From Myxococcales bacterium SG8_38 (GTDB lineage Bacteria > Myxococcota_A > Polyangia > Polyangiales > Houyiibacteriaceae): 64,000 bases of DNA. Positions 8,968-17,752 of the stretch are shown piece by piece. Both the position numbers and the translations under genes were made by a program. The stretch is taken from contig LJTN01000010.1 of NCBI GenBank assembly GCA_001303415.1, positions 2,140-66,139 on the forward strand. Reading direction: 5' to 3'. The notes beneath the pieces are model-generated. The model saw only the letters and a list, made by a program, of their open reading frames with translations, was not told the DNA's origin and searched no databases. Numbering within the stretch: the first letter of the stretch is position 1; every line of letters begins with the position of its first letter.

Positions 8968-9983
8968 CAGGTGGCTCCCGTCTTGCCGGCCGCCGCCTTG
9001 CGCACTGCGGCCTTCGCGGCACGGAACTGCTGCACCAGCGGGATGTGCGAGGGACAGACGAAAGAGCAGGAGCCGCATTCGAAGCAATCCATCAGGTTGT
9101 GTCGCTCGGCCATGACCGAGAACTCTTGGTTGGCTGCCAGCCTGCCTAGAAGCGAGGGGTCGAGGAAGATGGGACAGGCGTCGACGCAGTAGCCGCAGCG
9201 GATGCAGGGGTAGACCGGGCTGTGGGTTCGCTCCGCGGCGGAGTCGGTGAAAGCGGTGACGCCCGACGTGCCCTTGGTGATCGAGATGTCCAGGCTGGAG
9301 GCGGCTCCCCCCATCATCGGTCCACCGAGGAACACACGGTTCACGTCTTCTTCGACCCCCACGTGCTCGAGCAGGAACCGGAGCGGCGTGCCGATGGGGA
9401 TGCGGTAGTTGCCTTTCCGCTTCACGGCAGGCCCTGTCACGGTGATCACCCGCTCCTGGATGCCGCGGCCCAACGGAAGGAGGCGGCCGATCTCTGCGGT
9501 CGTGGCCACGTTGCAACACAGCGCATGAATGTCCAGAGGTAGCCCCCCGGAAGGCACCTCCCGGCCGAGAAGCGCTGCGAACAGCATCTTTTCGGCCCCT
9601 TGAGGGTACTTCACTCGAAGGAGCTCCACCGACCCGTTCAGGTCGCCTGGGAACGTGGCGCGCAGATGCTCCGCTGCATCGGCCTTGTTTGCTTCGACGG
9701 CGATGATGACCTTCTCTGCGCCTGACACTTTGAGTAGGTAGCGGATGCCCACGAAGATGTCGTCGCTTTGCTCGAGCATCACTCTGTGATCGGTCGTGAG
9801 GAACGGCTCGCATTCCGCGCCGTTGATGATGAGCGTGTCGACGAACTTGCCTTCGGGAACTTTGAGCTTGACGTGTGTTGGAAAGGCGGCGCCGCCGAGC
9901 CCCACCACGCCGGCCTCTTGAATCGCAGCGATGATCTCATCGGGCGTCGACGTATCGAGCGGGCAGGGGGTGCCGTCCTCCAC
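8967..9983 (-). CDS. rnfC: RnfC C-terminal module (NADH/FMN-binding fold plus 2x[4Fe-4S]); fragment downstream of in-frame stops
   Basis: GLGGAAFPTHVKL, INGAECEPFLT, CIRCGYCVDACP, CFECGSCSFVCP. The only possible start is GTG 9983, which has no nearby SD. Confidence 0.8.
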   Translation of the reverse strand: MEDGTPCPLDTSTPDEIIAAIQEAGVVGLGGAAFPTHVKLKVPEGKFVDTLIINGAECEPFLTTDHRVMLEQSDDIFVGIRYLLKVSGAEKVIIAVEANKADAAEHLRATFPGDLNGSVELLRVKYPQGAEKMLFAALLGREVPSGGLPLDIHALCCNVATTAEIGRLLPLGRGIQERVITVTGPAVKRKGNYRIPIGTPLRFLLEHVGVEEDVNRVFLGGPMMGGAASSLDISITKGTSGVTAFTDSAAERTHSPVYPCIRCGYCVDACPIFLDPSLLGRLAANQEFSVMAERHNLMDCFECGSCSFVCPSHIPLVQQFRAAKAAVRKAAAGKTGAT

Positions 9984-10013
9984 TTCTTGTGTGGATCCCG
10001 GGAGGGGCTCCTA

Positions 10014-10316
10014 TTACACGGCCGGCACCATGCGGCCGCTGATGCTGGGAGCAAGCGCGATCTTCCGAACGATGCCCGAAGCCGAAGCGTGCATGGAGAC
10101 CGACATGAAGCCGTCCGGGCGCGCAATCCGTTGGCCTCGCCACACCTCTTGGCCTTCTTCCACCACGGGTATCGACGGCGCCCCCATGTGTTGGACCAGG
10201 GGAATGATCAGAAGCGGTGCGAAGGGAAATTGGCGAATGGGCAGCCCACTCGTCTCGTCCTTCGACTCCGGCGGGTGCACCCCATGCCGGAACGTCTTCA
10301 TCCCCAAGAGTCTCAT
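10014..10316 (-). CDS. rnfC: RnfC N-terminal barrel-sandwich domain fragment, ending at TAA-TAG
   Basis: FRHGVHPPESKDET, IIPLVQHMGAPSIPVV, GQRIARPDGFMSVSMHASASG match the RnfC/RsxC N-terminus. Same frame as 8967-9983. Confidence 0.75.
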   Translation of the reverse strand: MRLLGMKTFRHGVHPPESKDETSGLPIRQFPFAPLLIIPLVQHMGAPSIPVVEEGQEVWRGQRIARPDGFMSVSMHASASGIVRKIALAPSISGRMVPAV

Positions 10317-10338
10317 CGGTTTGGTCCGAGGTCGTTTC

Positions 10339-13300
10339 TCAGTTGTACTTCTCGCCGCGCTTGATCCACTTCTCGATGCCTTTTTCGCTTCGGTTCCTCG
10401 GCAAGCCGGGGTGGATGACCCGAGCGGTGCATCGCTCTGCGGCCTTCACCAAGTCTTTGTACGACCCTGCCTCGGCATTCTTGATGAAGGCTTTCTTATC
10501 CGCGTTGTACGCGAAGATCTTGGAATTGATCTGGATGCACTCGTCGCAGGCGGTGCAGTTCTCGGTATCGATCCAGGGAGCGAGGTACCCATCCCCAGCA
10601 GCCGCGGCCGACGCCTTCGTGGCTGCAGGTGTCGCCGCGGACGTAGCAGTCGTCGCTACCGTCACGGGCGCTGCAGCGGCCGACGCGATGGCGGGACCGG
10701 GTGAGTCAGCTCCCATGCCAGCGGACCCAGCTCCGGACTCGGCGGCCATCTGCATGAGCTCGGATACGAGCCTGCTGACCACGTCCTGACGAGCCTGTTC
10801 GACCAGCGATTCGGTGGAGGGTTGATCTTGGCCGGCCAGAGATCGGAGCAAGGTCCAGAAGTCACGCCGGTCCTCGCAGGATTCCACGATGGGCTGCGCC
10901 ACCAGCAGTCGCATCAAGTGCCCGTCCTTGTCCACCATCCACACGTACGGAAAATGGCCCTCGCGGTCGTCCTGATCCATGTCTAGGAATTCCGCCAAAG
11001 GCACCATGTTCTCGTTCCAGGTGTCCGGCGGCGCAACACGGAAGTGCTTGCGGAATCGAGTCTCGGTGATGGCGAAGTCCGCAAACGTGAGCGGCAGCTC
11101 CATCTCCTTGTCGACGCCGTCCTCCTTGTACTTGATCCTGTAGGTGGGCCAGTCCTGATCCATGTCCGGATTGCCCTCTAGGTCGAAGCACTCTTGCGGC
11201 GTTTTCCCCGCATCGGGGTTGTATCGAAAAAGCGGATACGCCCTGGACTCCACCGCCAGCTTCGACTGGGCCGCGCTCATGTCGTCGCCGATGCCGTGCT
11301 CGGGTTGGCAGTTGCTATAGAGGTTGAACAGCGCGGGCCGGCGGGCCTTGAGGCCTTGGATGAAGCCTTCAATCATGTGACTCGAATGCGCGATGGTGCT
11401 CTGCATCACGTACGTGGTGCGATGCGCCATCCCGATGAGACCGATCTCCTTTCGTGGCTCCTGCTTGCCCTTAATGGCCTTTCCATACTGAGCCATGTCC
11501 GACACCTGGCCGATGAAACCGGAGGTGCATGCCTGTCCGCCCGTGTTGGAGTAAACCTGCGTGTCGACGACCAGCACCTTGATCGGCTTACCGGACGCCA
11601 TGAGTCGCGAGAGGTTTTGAAAGCCGATGTCGTACATCGCGCCATCGCCGCCCACCGCGACCACCGGCGGGCAGAGCTCCCACTCTTCGTCGCTGAACTG
11701 GCGCCAGTCGAAATAGGTGAAGAACGAATCGTGCTCGACGGGATTGTACTTGCTCTGCAGCTCGAGCTCGGCGATGCGAATGGCTTTGAAGCCATCCGCC
11801 ATCTTGGCCATGTGCCCCTCGAAGATTCCCATTGCCATGGAGGGCGAGTCTTGGAACAAGTGATTGGCCCAGGGGAACGGGTAGGGGTTGAATGGGTAGG
11901 TGCTGCCCCAAACCGAGGTGCAGCCGGTGCTGTTGATCATCCCCATGCTGGTACGGCCGCGGCCCGTTGTTCCTTCGGTGTACTTCCACCTGAGCCTTTC
12001 CAGATCGGCCACGAGCTTGGTCATGCGTCGAAGCCAGTCCTGATCGATGGGCTGAGCTCCTCCCATGCGTTCGATGCGCTCGGCGATCGCAGAGAGTGTG
12101 ACGTCCCGATCGCCGATGTCTTGCATGATCTTCGCCATGACTTCGGGGTCGCCGACATCGATCTCTCCGGCCAGCCGTAGCTGGATGTGCTTCTTCAGCC
12201 GGTCGATGAGGTCGGTGACGTGGCTCAGATGCTTGGTGATCCGCGCCTGCATCAATGCTTCGACGGTTGCGACGAAGAGGTGGATCGCCGTCTTTTCGGA
12301 ACAGCCGAGACACGCGCCGTCGCCGCTGGTAAACGGCAAGTAGTTGCTCTTGTCGAGCAGGATCGACTCGAGGGTTCCGATGCCTTCTTCCAAATCATCG
12401 ACCCGGATGTACTTCTTCGGGGTGGAAGGAAGATCGGTCCACAGATCCCAGTGGTCGCGAAGTCGTTGAACCGACTCCTCCGTCTGCCTCATCGAGCGCA
12501 GCGCATCGTCGTTACATACCTCGACGCACTCCATACACCCCTTGCACGTGTAGGGGTTCACGGTGATCGAAAGCAGGCCCCCGCTTCCGGACTGTTCCTG
12601 CTCGGGGAGGGTGTAGTGGGGTCGAGTCAGGGCAAACTGGAACCCGTTCAGCTCTTCCTTGAAGTACCCGAGCTCCTTCTTGAGCACGTCCCGCTCGACG
12701 CCTTGAAGCTCGCTTTGCGTAACGGTCTGCTCCATCGCCTGGTCCAGCAGGACTGACACGGAGTCCGTCTCCTTTGACGCCCTGAAGAGAGCATGGAGGT
12801 TGCGCTCCATCACTTTGGCGGCCTTGGGCAGATGCTTGATCTCCGGCGCGTAGCCGTTCTTGCGCACCCGATTCACGACGGTGTCGAGCACTTGACCCAC
12901 CTCGTTCACCAATCCCGGCAGCGCGGTGTCCGGGCAGACCGTGTAGCAATCGCCGCAGGCGGTGCAGTTCTCGGGGACCCACTGAGGATGCTCGAAGCGG
13001 ATTCCGGTCATGTCCCGGAAAAGCGCCGAGGAGGGGGGCATGATGCCCAGCCCGATGAAGGGGTCGGCGAGGTTGTCGTTGCCCATGCCTCGCACGTAAA
13101 AGCTTCCGGTTTGCTCCCAGAAGCGGTGGATGTCGGTCATGGGCGCCTTGCTCTGAGGAAGAGATTTCACCATGAGCGGAAGCTTCAGTCCGGCGCGCTT
13201 TCCCTCGGGCCGGACCTCGTCGATGGGCCCCGGGACGACCTCTCGGACCTCGTCGAAGCCGCGCTTCACAACCCGCATGTTGTCGTCGACGACTCTCTTG

Positions 13301-15354
13301 CCCTTGGAGCCGAACTTTTCTTGGAGCTGGTCGTGGATGGCGTCCAAGAGCTGCTCGTCGGTGAGCCCGGCCTGCTTCATGATCGGCGAGACGGCGAAGA
13401 ACGCGCCCTGGAATGCGATGCCCTGCATTCGGAGCTGCAGATCGGGGTCGGTGGCCTCGTCGCGCGCGATCTTGAAGCCATCCAGGTAGTAGACCTTGAT
13501 CTTCTTGTCGCGAATGATTCGCTGATAGACGGGCGGGATGCTCTCCCACATCTCTTTGGGCGACGCCTTGTCTCCCTGGATGATGAAGACGCCGCCTTCC
13601 TTGAGGCCGGCAAGCGCGTTGGTGTGGCCAAACACGTTCGGGTCCGGTGACAGCACCACGTCGACGTAGAAATACTCGCAGTTGACCTTGATCGGCTCTG
13701 GCGCCGCCGACAGATAATACGTCGTAGGCTGTCCCTTCTTCTCGGAGCCGTACTTGGGGTTCGCCTTGATGTGATAGCCCAGCAAGTCGAACAGCGTCAT
13801 CGCCAGGTTCTTGCCGGTGGTGATGGCGCCCCAGCCGCCGACGGAGTGAAAGCGAACCGTGATGCTGTCCTTGGGCATCAGGTTGGGGTTCTCCGAGCCT
13901 TTCACCACCAGCTCTTTGACCTGAGGATAGGACTCCTCGATCGTCTGTTGATGGATCTCCTGCTTCGGCGTGATGGCCTGGTCCCGGACGAAGTCGATCG
14001 ATAGATAGAAGAGCTTCTTCCGGGCCCCGTCATCGAGCATGTTCTCCACGGCGCCCACCAGGCCTTCGGGTTGCAGATCGCGGCTGCCCATCCCGAAGGA
14101 GCCCGAAAAGAGCGGAGGCGCGTCGTGGAGCGACGTATAGGCAGCAAGCTCCGGGTACGGTGGGTTCTGCGAATCCCTCCCGTTTTCGAGGCACTTGCTC
14201 ACCGTAGCGCGGATCTCCCGCATGAGAGGCAGGTCGGCCGCGAGTGGTTGATCGAGCCGCTCGAGCACCGTGACGCCCCGCTTGCCCCTCAAGATGCGTC
14301 CGATCAGGTCGCTCGGAAACGGTCGGAACATGACCATGTCGACCACGCCCACCTTGAGCCCGCGGGTCTGGCGAAGATAGTCCACCACTGCCTCGGCCGA
14401 TGGGACCATACTTCCCTGGCCCACGATGAGGTAGTCCGCATCGTCGACCCGATACGTCATTACGCGCGCATAGCGACGGCCCGTCAGCGCGTAGTATTCC
14501 TCGAACGCCTGGTCGGTGAGCGCCTGGATGTGATCGAAGAAAAACGGCCGCTGCGCCGCCACGCTCTGCATGTAGGAGTCCTGGTTCTGCACCAGACCGG
14601 ACATCACCGGATTGTCCACGTCCCACAGCAAGGGAATGCGCCGGCGAGTTTCGCCGTATATGATCTTTTGCGCCGCGGTGGGTGTCTCGATGACGTCGTC
14701 CGGACGCCCGAGGTATTCCGCGATGAGCTCGCGCTCAGGCACCATGAGCGATTCGATCAAGTGCGTGGTCAGAAACCCGTCCTGGGCGATGATTCCCGGG
14801 GTGAGAGACAGCTCTGCGATTTTGTGGCTGATGACGTTCAAATCAGCCGCTGCTTGCGCGTTTTTGGCGAACAGTTGGAAGAAGCCCGTGTCATCGACGC
14901 AGTGGTAGTCGTCGTGTCCGGCATGCACGTTGAGGGTGGCCTTGGTCATGGCCCGCGCACCGATGTTGAGGACGTACGTCAGCCGCTTGCCCGCCGCGGC
15001 GTAGAGCGATTCGTGCATGTAGGCGATGCCCTGACCCGACGAGAAGTTCGCGGCGCGCATGCCCGTCATGGACATGCCGGCCGTGACTGCCGCCGCGGCG
15101 TGCTCGCCCTCAGGCTCGATGAAGATCAACGGGCGCCCCGACACGTTGATGTGTCCGGCTGCGGCGGCCTCCGCCCACAGCTCGCCCATTTGTGTCGACG
15201 GCGTGATCGGATAGGCGCCCGCGGCGTCGCTCGATTCACGCTCGCACATGATGACCGCGGTGTTGCCATCGAGCGCGTCCCGTGTGCCGGGGTACTTGAA
15301 CTGGCTCTGGGCGTCTTTCGCGATGTTCTTTTTGCCGAAGAATCGTGGAGACAT
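10339..15354 (-). CDS. nifJ: Pyruvate:ferredoxin (flavodoxin) oxidoreductase, single-polypeptide NifJ/YdbK type, enlarged (1671 aa) with a C-terminal ferredoxin domain
   Basis: PFOR domains I-VII are colinear: YPITPST, GGWGAITTGK, CTACGDCYTVCP and CKGCMECVEVC, GDGACLGC, GGDGAMYDIG...VYSNTGGQ (thiamine pyrophosphate, TPP). These are followed by an Ala/Thr-rich linker and CTACDEC...C. ATG 15354 (MSPRFF) lies within ORF 10339-15366. Confidence 0.9.
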   Translation of the reverse strand: MSPRFFGKKNIAKDAQSQFKYPGTRDALDGNTAVIMCERESSDAAGAYPITPSTQMGELWAEAAAAGHINVSGRPLIFIEPEGEHAAAAVTAGMSMTGMRAANFSSGQGIAYMHESLYAAAGKRLTYVLNIGARAMTKATLNVHAGHDDYHCVDDTGFFQLFAKNAQAAADLNVISHKIAELSLTPGIIAQDGFLTTHLIESLMVPERELIAEYLGRPDDVIETPTAAQKIIYGETRRRIPLLWDVDNPVMSGLVQNQDSYMQSVAAQRPFFFDHIQALTDQAFEEYYALTGRRYARVMTYRVDDADYLIVGQGSMVPSAEAVVDYLRQTRGLKVGVVDMVMFRPFPSDLIGRILRGKRGVTVLERLDQPLAADLPLMREIRATVSKCLENGRDSQNPPYPELAAYTSLHDAPPLFSGSFGMGSRDLQPEGLVGAVENMLDDGARKKLFYLSIDFVRDQAITPKQEIHQQTIEESYPQVKELVVKGSENPNLMPKDSITVRFHSVGGWGAITTGKNLAMTLFDLLGYHIKANPKYGSEKKGQPTTYYLSAAPEPIKVNCEYFYVDVVLSPDPNVFGHTNALAGLKEGGVFIIQGDKASPKEMWESIPPVYQRIIRDKKIKVYYLDGFKIARDEATDPDLQLRMQGIAFQGAFFAVSPIMKQAGLTDEQLLDAIHDQLQEKFGSKGKRVVDDNMRVVKRGFDEVREVVPGPIDEVRPEGKRAGLKLPLMVKSLPQSKAPMTDIHRFWEQTGSFYVRGMGNDNLADPFIGLGIMPPSSALFRDMTGIRFEHPQWVPENCTACGDCYTVCPDTALPGLVNEVGQVLDTVVNRVRKNGYAPEIKHLPKAAKVMERNLHALFRASKETDSVSVLLDQAMEQTVTQSELQGVERDVLKKELGYFKEELNGFQFALTRPHYTLPEQEQSGSGGLLSITVNPYTCKGCMECVEVCNDDALRSMRQTEESVQRLRDHWDLWTDLPSTPKKYIRVDDLEEGIGTLESILLDKSNYLPFTSGDGACLGCSEKTAIHLFVATVEALMQARITKHLSHVTDLIDRLKKHIQLRLAGEIDVGDPEVMAKIMQDIGDRDVTLSAIAERIERMGGAQPIDQDWLRRMTKLVADLERLRWKYTEGTTGRGRTSMGMINSTGCTSVWGSTYPFNPYPFPWANHLFQDSPSMAMGIFEGHMAKMADGFKAIRIAELELQSKYNPVEHDSFFTYFDWRQFSDEEWELCPPVVAVGGDGAMYDIGFQNLSRLMASGKPIKVLVVDTQVYSNTGGQACTSGFIGQVSDMAQYGKAIKGKQEPRKEIGLIGMAHRTTYVMQSTIAHSSHMIEGFIQGLKARRPALFNLYSNCQPEHGIGDDMSAAQSKLAVESRAYPLFRYNPDAGKTPQECFDLEGNPDMDQDWPTYRIKYKEDGVDKEMELPLTFADFAITETRFRKHFRVAPPDTWNENMVPLAEFLDMDQDDREGHFPYVWMVDKDGHLMRLLVAQPIVESCEDRRDFWTLLRSLAGQDQPSTESLVEQARQDVVSRLVSELMQMAAESGAGSAGMGADSPGPAIASAAAAPVTVATTATSAATPAATKASAAAAGDGYLAPWIDTENCTACDECIQINSKIFAYNADKKAFIKNAEAGSYKDLVKAAERCTARVIHPGLPRNRSEKGIEKWIKRGEKYN

Positions 15355-15385
15355 CGAAATCACCAATCAGGCTCTCGCCTCTTGA

Positions 15386-16252
15386 CTAGGTCGGGGCGTC
15401 GCGAAGCGTGCCCTTACGAATGATCTTCTTGGCTGCCGGCCCCTTCACCGGCCCAACCTTGGCATCGATCCAGACGATAGCCCCTGTGGGGCATCGTTCA
15501 ATTGGAGCGCGGGTCTGATGTGGCCTGCTGTAGTCCACCACCGGAAGGTTGTTCCGGATGGTCACGAGCCCCGGGGGCGCGTCCATCTCGCAGCGGCCGC
15601 AGGCGGTGCAAGCGACCTCGCAGTCTTCAAGGATGTCGTCGCCGGCTTCGAGAGAGCTACAGGCGACCCATAATCGATGACTCTGCTTGTGGAGGGAAAA
15701 CAGGTCCTTCGGGCATGCCTCGACGCAGTCCCCGCACGCGGTGCACTTGGCCTCGTCGACGACCGGAAGGTCGTGCGCGTTCATGTGGATGGCATCGAAG
15801 TCGCAGACTTCGTAGCAGTCTCCGAAACCGAGGCAGCCCCAGAAGCAGCCTTTGCCACCGCCGGCCACCCGAGCAGCTGCGCCGCAGCTCTGCTCCCCGT
15901 GGTATGTGGCGTGGTTACGGGCGACGTTCGTGCCTCCCGCGCAGGCGAGCCGAGCCACCAGCTTCTCCTCTGCGCCGACGTCGACGCCCAAGAATCTCGC
16001 GAGCTCTGATCTCTCCTCGTCGGAGCTCACCGTGCACTTTCCCGGTAGCGCGTCGCCCCGGATCAGGGCTTCGGCGAACGGGCGGCACCCGGGGAAACCG
16101 CATGCGCCGCAGTTGGCGTGGGGAAGCATGTCCTCCACCACGTCGATTCGCGGGTCCTCGTAGACGTGGAGCTTCTTGTTCGCCAGGACCAACGCCGTGG
16201 CCAGGATGATTGTGAGTCCGCTGAGGGCGGCAACCGCCGTTAGAAACAGCAT
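15386..16252 (-). CDS. rnfB: Rnf electron transport complex subunit B (polyferredoxin)
   Basis: N-terminal TM (MLFLTAVAALSGLTIIL), CGACGFPGCRPFAEA Fe-S domain, then CTACGDCVEACP and CTACGRC ferredoxin motifs. Trimmed from ORF 15386-16495. Confidence 0.85.
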   Translation of the reverse strand: MLFLTAVAALSGLTIILATALVLANKKLHVYEDPRIDVVEDMLPHANCGACGFPGCRPFAEALIRGDALPGKCTVSSDEERSELARFLGVDVGAEEKLVARLACAGGTNVARNHATYHGEQSCGAAARVAGGGKGCFWGCLGFGDCYEVCDFDAIHMNAHDLPVVDEAKCTACGDCVEACPKDLFSLHKQSHRLWVACSSLEAGDDILEDCEVACTACGRCEMDAPPGLVTIRNNLPVVDYSRPHQTRAPIERCPTGAIVWIDAKVGPVKGPAAKKIIRKGTLRDAPT

Positions 16253-16257
16253 GAGAG

Positions 16258-17739
16258 TCAGTTTTGTGGTTCGATGCCGGTCAAGCGTGCAACGAGCTTG
16301 CGCACCGCGGAGGCCACCGCAGCACGCTCGCGGCTCGTCGCGTCCTTCTCCATGTTCTGCCGCAGGCTTTCGATCTGTGCGTCTCGCTCGGCGCCGAGCT
16401 CCCTCTGCAGCGTCGTCCGGGTGGTGTTCACGTGAGGATTGTCGATTCCCGAGATCTCCCGGAGCGTCTGCCACAGATGGAGGCGCTCCGCACACTGTGC
16501 CGCGAGCTTACGGGAAACGACCTTGCGAACGATGGTCCCCTCCTCGGCGGCAAGCGAGATGAAGGGGAGCTTGCCCACCTGCTGGTGTCGCGAGAGCCTG
16601 AGAAAGTCAACCAATGGAACGAGCGTGTCGGTGCGCTCCGGCGGGTCGGCGAGCTCCGTGGCGAGCTCGGGCTCGGAGGCGGCGAAGTGCGCCAACGTGA
16701 AGGGCTCATCGACTTCGACAGGCTCTCCCTGAGAATCACGGCCGGTGAGCTTGTCCGTGGTCCAAAGGACATCCACCGAAGGATTCGAGGAGAGATCGAA
16801 GCACATGACGAATCGGTCGTCGCGATCGGGATCGTACACGCACATCGGAACGGCTCGGGCACGGACGGCCCGCTCCGCGCGTGTTTGAAATGCATTCTCC
16901 GCTTCGCCGTGCCGCGGGCAAAACACCGAAATCACGCCCGGCCGCGGAACGGTCAGCGCCTGGGAGAGCTGCGCCTGAAAGCCAGATGCGGCCGAATGGG
17001 TCTGAAGTAAGTAGACGCCGCGCATGGCCAGGGGCAGCGTTTCGATGGTCATCCTCGAGGGCACGGCGGTGCCTCCGGCTCCCGATGCTGCCTCGCACAC
17101 GCTCGACCGGAGCGCGAGGACCTTGATTGGCATGCCAGTTTCGAGCAGCGCCATGACACTGCGCAGCCGCGCGCCGTCGCAGCCATCCAGGCGCGCGATC
17201 ACCAGAAACGGAGGACAGGCTCGAAGCTCCCCGGGCCCCAGCTGCCGCCAGTCGAAGTCGGCAAAGCCCGCATCGTGGACTTGGGTATCGTACTTGGCGC
17301 GGATCTCCAGTTGGGCGATCCGCACGGCCCGAAAAACCTGGGCCAGCTGGTTGAAGTGCGCCTCGGCGCGCTCATGAATTTCACCATGGTTCGTGTCGAG
17401 CTCGATGAGGGCGCGATCGAGGGGAACGTCCGGCCACGCCTCCTTCAGCTCAACGAGCTTCGGAATGAGCTCTCGCACGCGTACGAGCCGCTCGGGCGGC
17501 ATCGCCCGGGAGCGCGTGCTCTTTCCGAGCACCTGGGACAACGAATCGACATCGAGGCTCGCGGCAGCAAGAGGCCCGAGCGCGCTCTGCAAGCGGTCCG
17601 GCTCGTGACCGTGGCGATGGTACTCGTCGAGGCGGAGCAGGTTTTCGAGCCCGTCGACGGTTTCGGCCAGAGTTTCGCCAAGGGCGGCGCAATGGCGGCG
17701 CCAGACATCTGCGGCGGGTTGGAGGATCTGCTCTTTCAT
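16258..17739 (-). CDS. PFOR domain VI/VII-like protein lacking TPP and Fe-S motifs (hypothetical)
   Basis: 493 aa, colinear with residues ~1030-1508 of the adjacent PFOR (FRAVRIAQLEIRAKY vs FKAIRIAELELQSKY; FADFDWRQL vs FTYFDWRQF; MPIKVLAL vs KPIKVLVV; LVPLVDFL vs MVPLAEFL). GGDG...NTGGQ is replaced by ARLDGCDG...SSV. Confidence 0.75.
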   Translation of the reverse strand: MKEQILQPAADVWRRHCAALGETLAETVDGLENLLRLDEYHRHGHEPDRLQSALGPLAAASLDVDSLSQVLGKSTRSRAMPPERLVRVRELIPKLVELKEAWPDVPLDRALIELDTNHGEIHERAEAHFNQLAQVFRAVRIAQLEIRAKYDTQVHDAGFADFDWRQLGPGELRACPPFLVIARLDGCDGARLRSVMALLETGMPIKVLALRSSVCEAASGAGGTAVPSRMTIETLPLAMRGVYLLQTHSAASGFQAQLSQALTVPRPGVISVFCPRHGEAENAFQTRAERAVRARAVPMCVYDPDRDDRFVMCFDLSSNPSVDVLWTTDKLTGRDSQGEPVEVDEPFTLAHFAASEPELATELADPPERTDTLVPLVDFLRLSRHQQVGKLPFISLAAEEGTIVRKVVSRKLAAQCAERLHLWQTLREISGIDNPHVNTTRTTLQRELGAERDAQIESLRQNMEKDATSRERAAVASAVRKLVARLTGIEPQN

Positions 17740-17752
17740 GGCTGGACGTGGG

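Larger units (their letters stand above)
8967..10316 (-). pseudogene. rnfC: rnfC as a single 449-codon gene interrupted by two adjacent in-frame stop codons (alternative representation of the two fragments above)
   Basis: 10316-9983=333, so the fragments share a frame. The minus strand reads GCC GTG TAA TAG GAG CCC. The combined length and domain order match intact RnfC. Confidence 0.5.

Noticed and set aside
9991-10000. CCCGGGATCC (overlapping SmaI/XmaI and BamHI sites) 11 nt from the TAA-TAG in rnfC, as evidence of a cloning scar or engineered disruption.
   Set aside because: Both hexamers are expected fairly often in GC-rich DNA, and the segment still encodes plausible RnfC linker residues (PGS). 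That is insufficient to claim engineering. I kept it only as a possibility under the rnfC finding.
10597-10830. GC-rich repetitive-looking DNA (GCN-rich) that might be taken for a tandem repeat or array.
   Set aside because: It is in-frame low-complexity coding sequence (an Ala/Thr/Ser/Gly linker) within the PFOR gene. No unit repeat, spacer structure or CRISPR-like periodicity was seen anywhere in the window.
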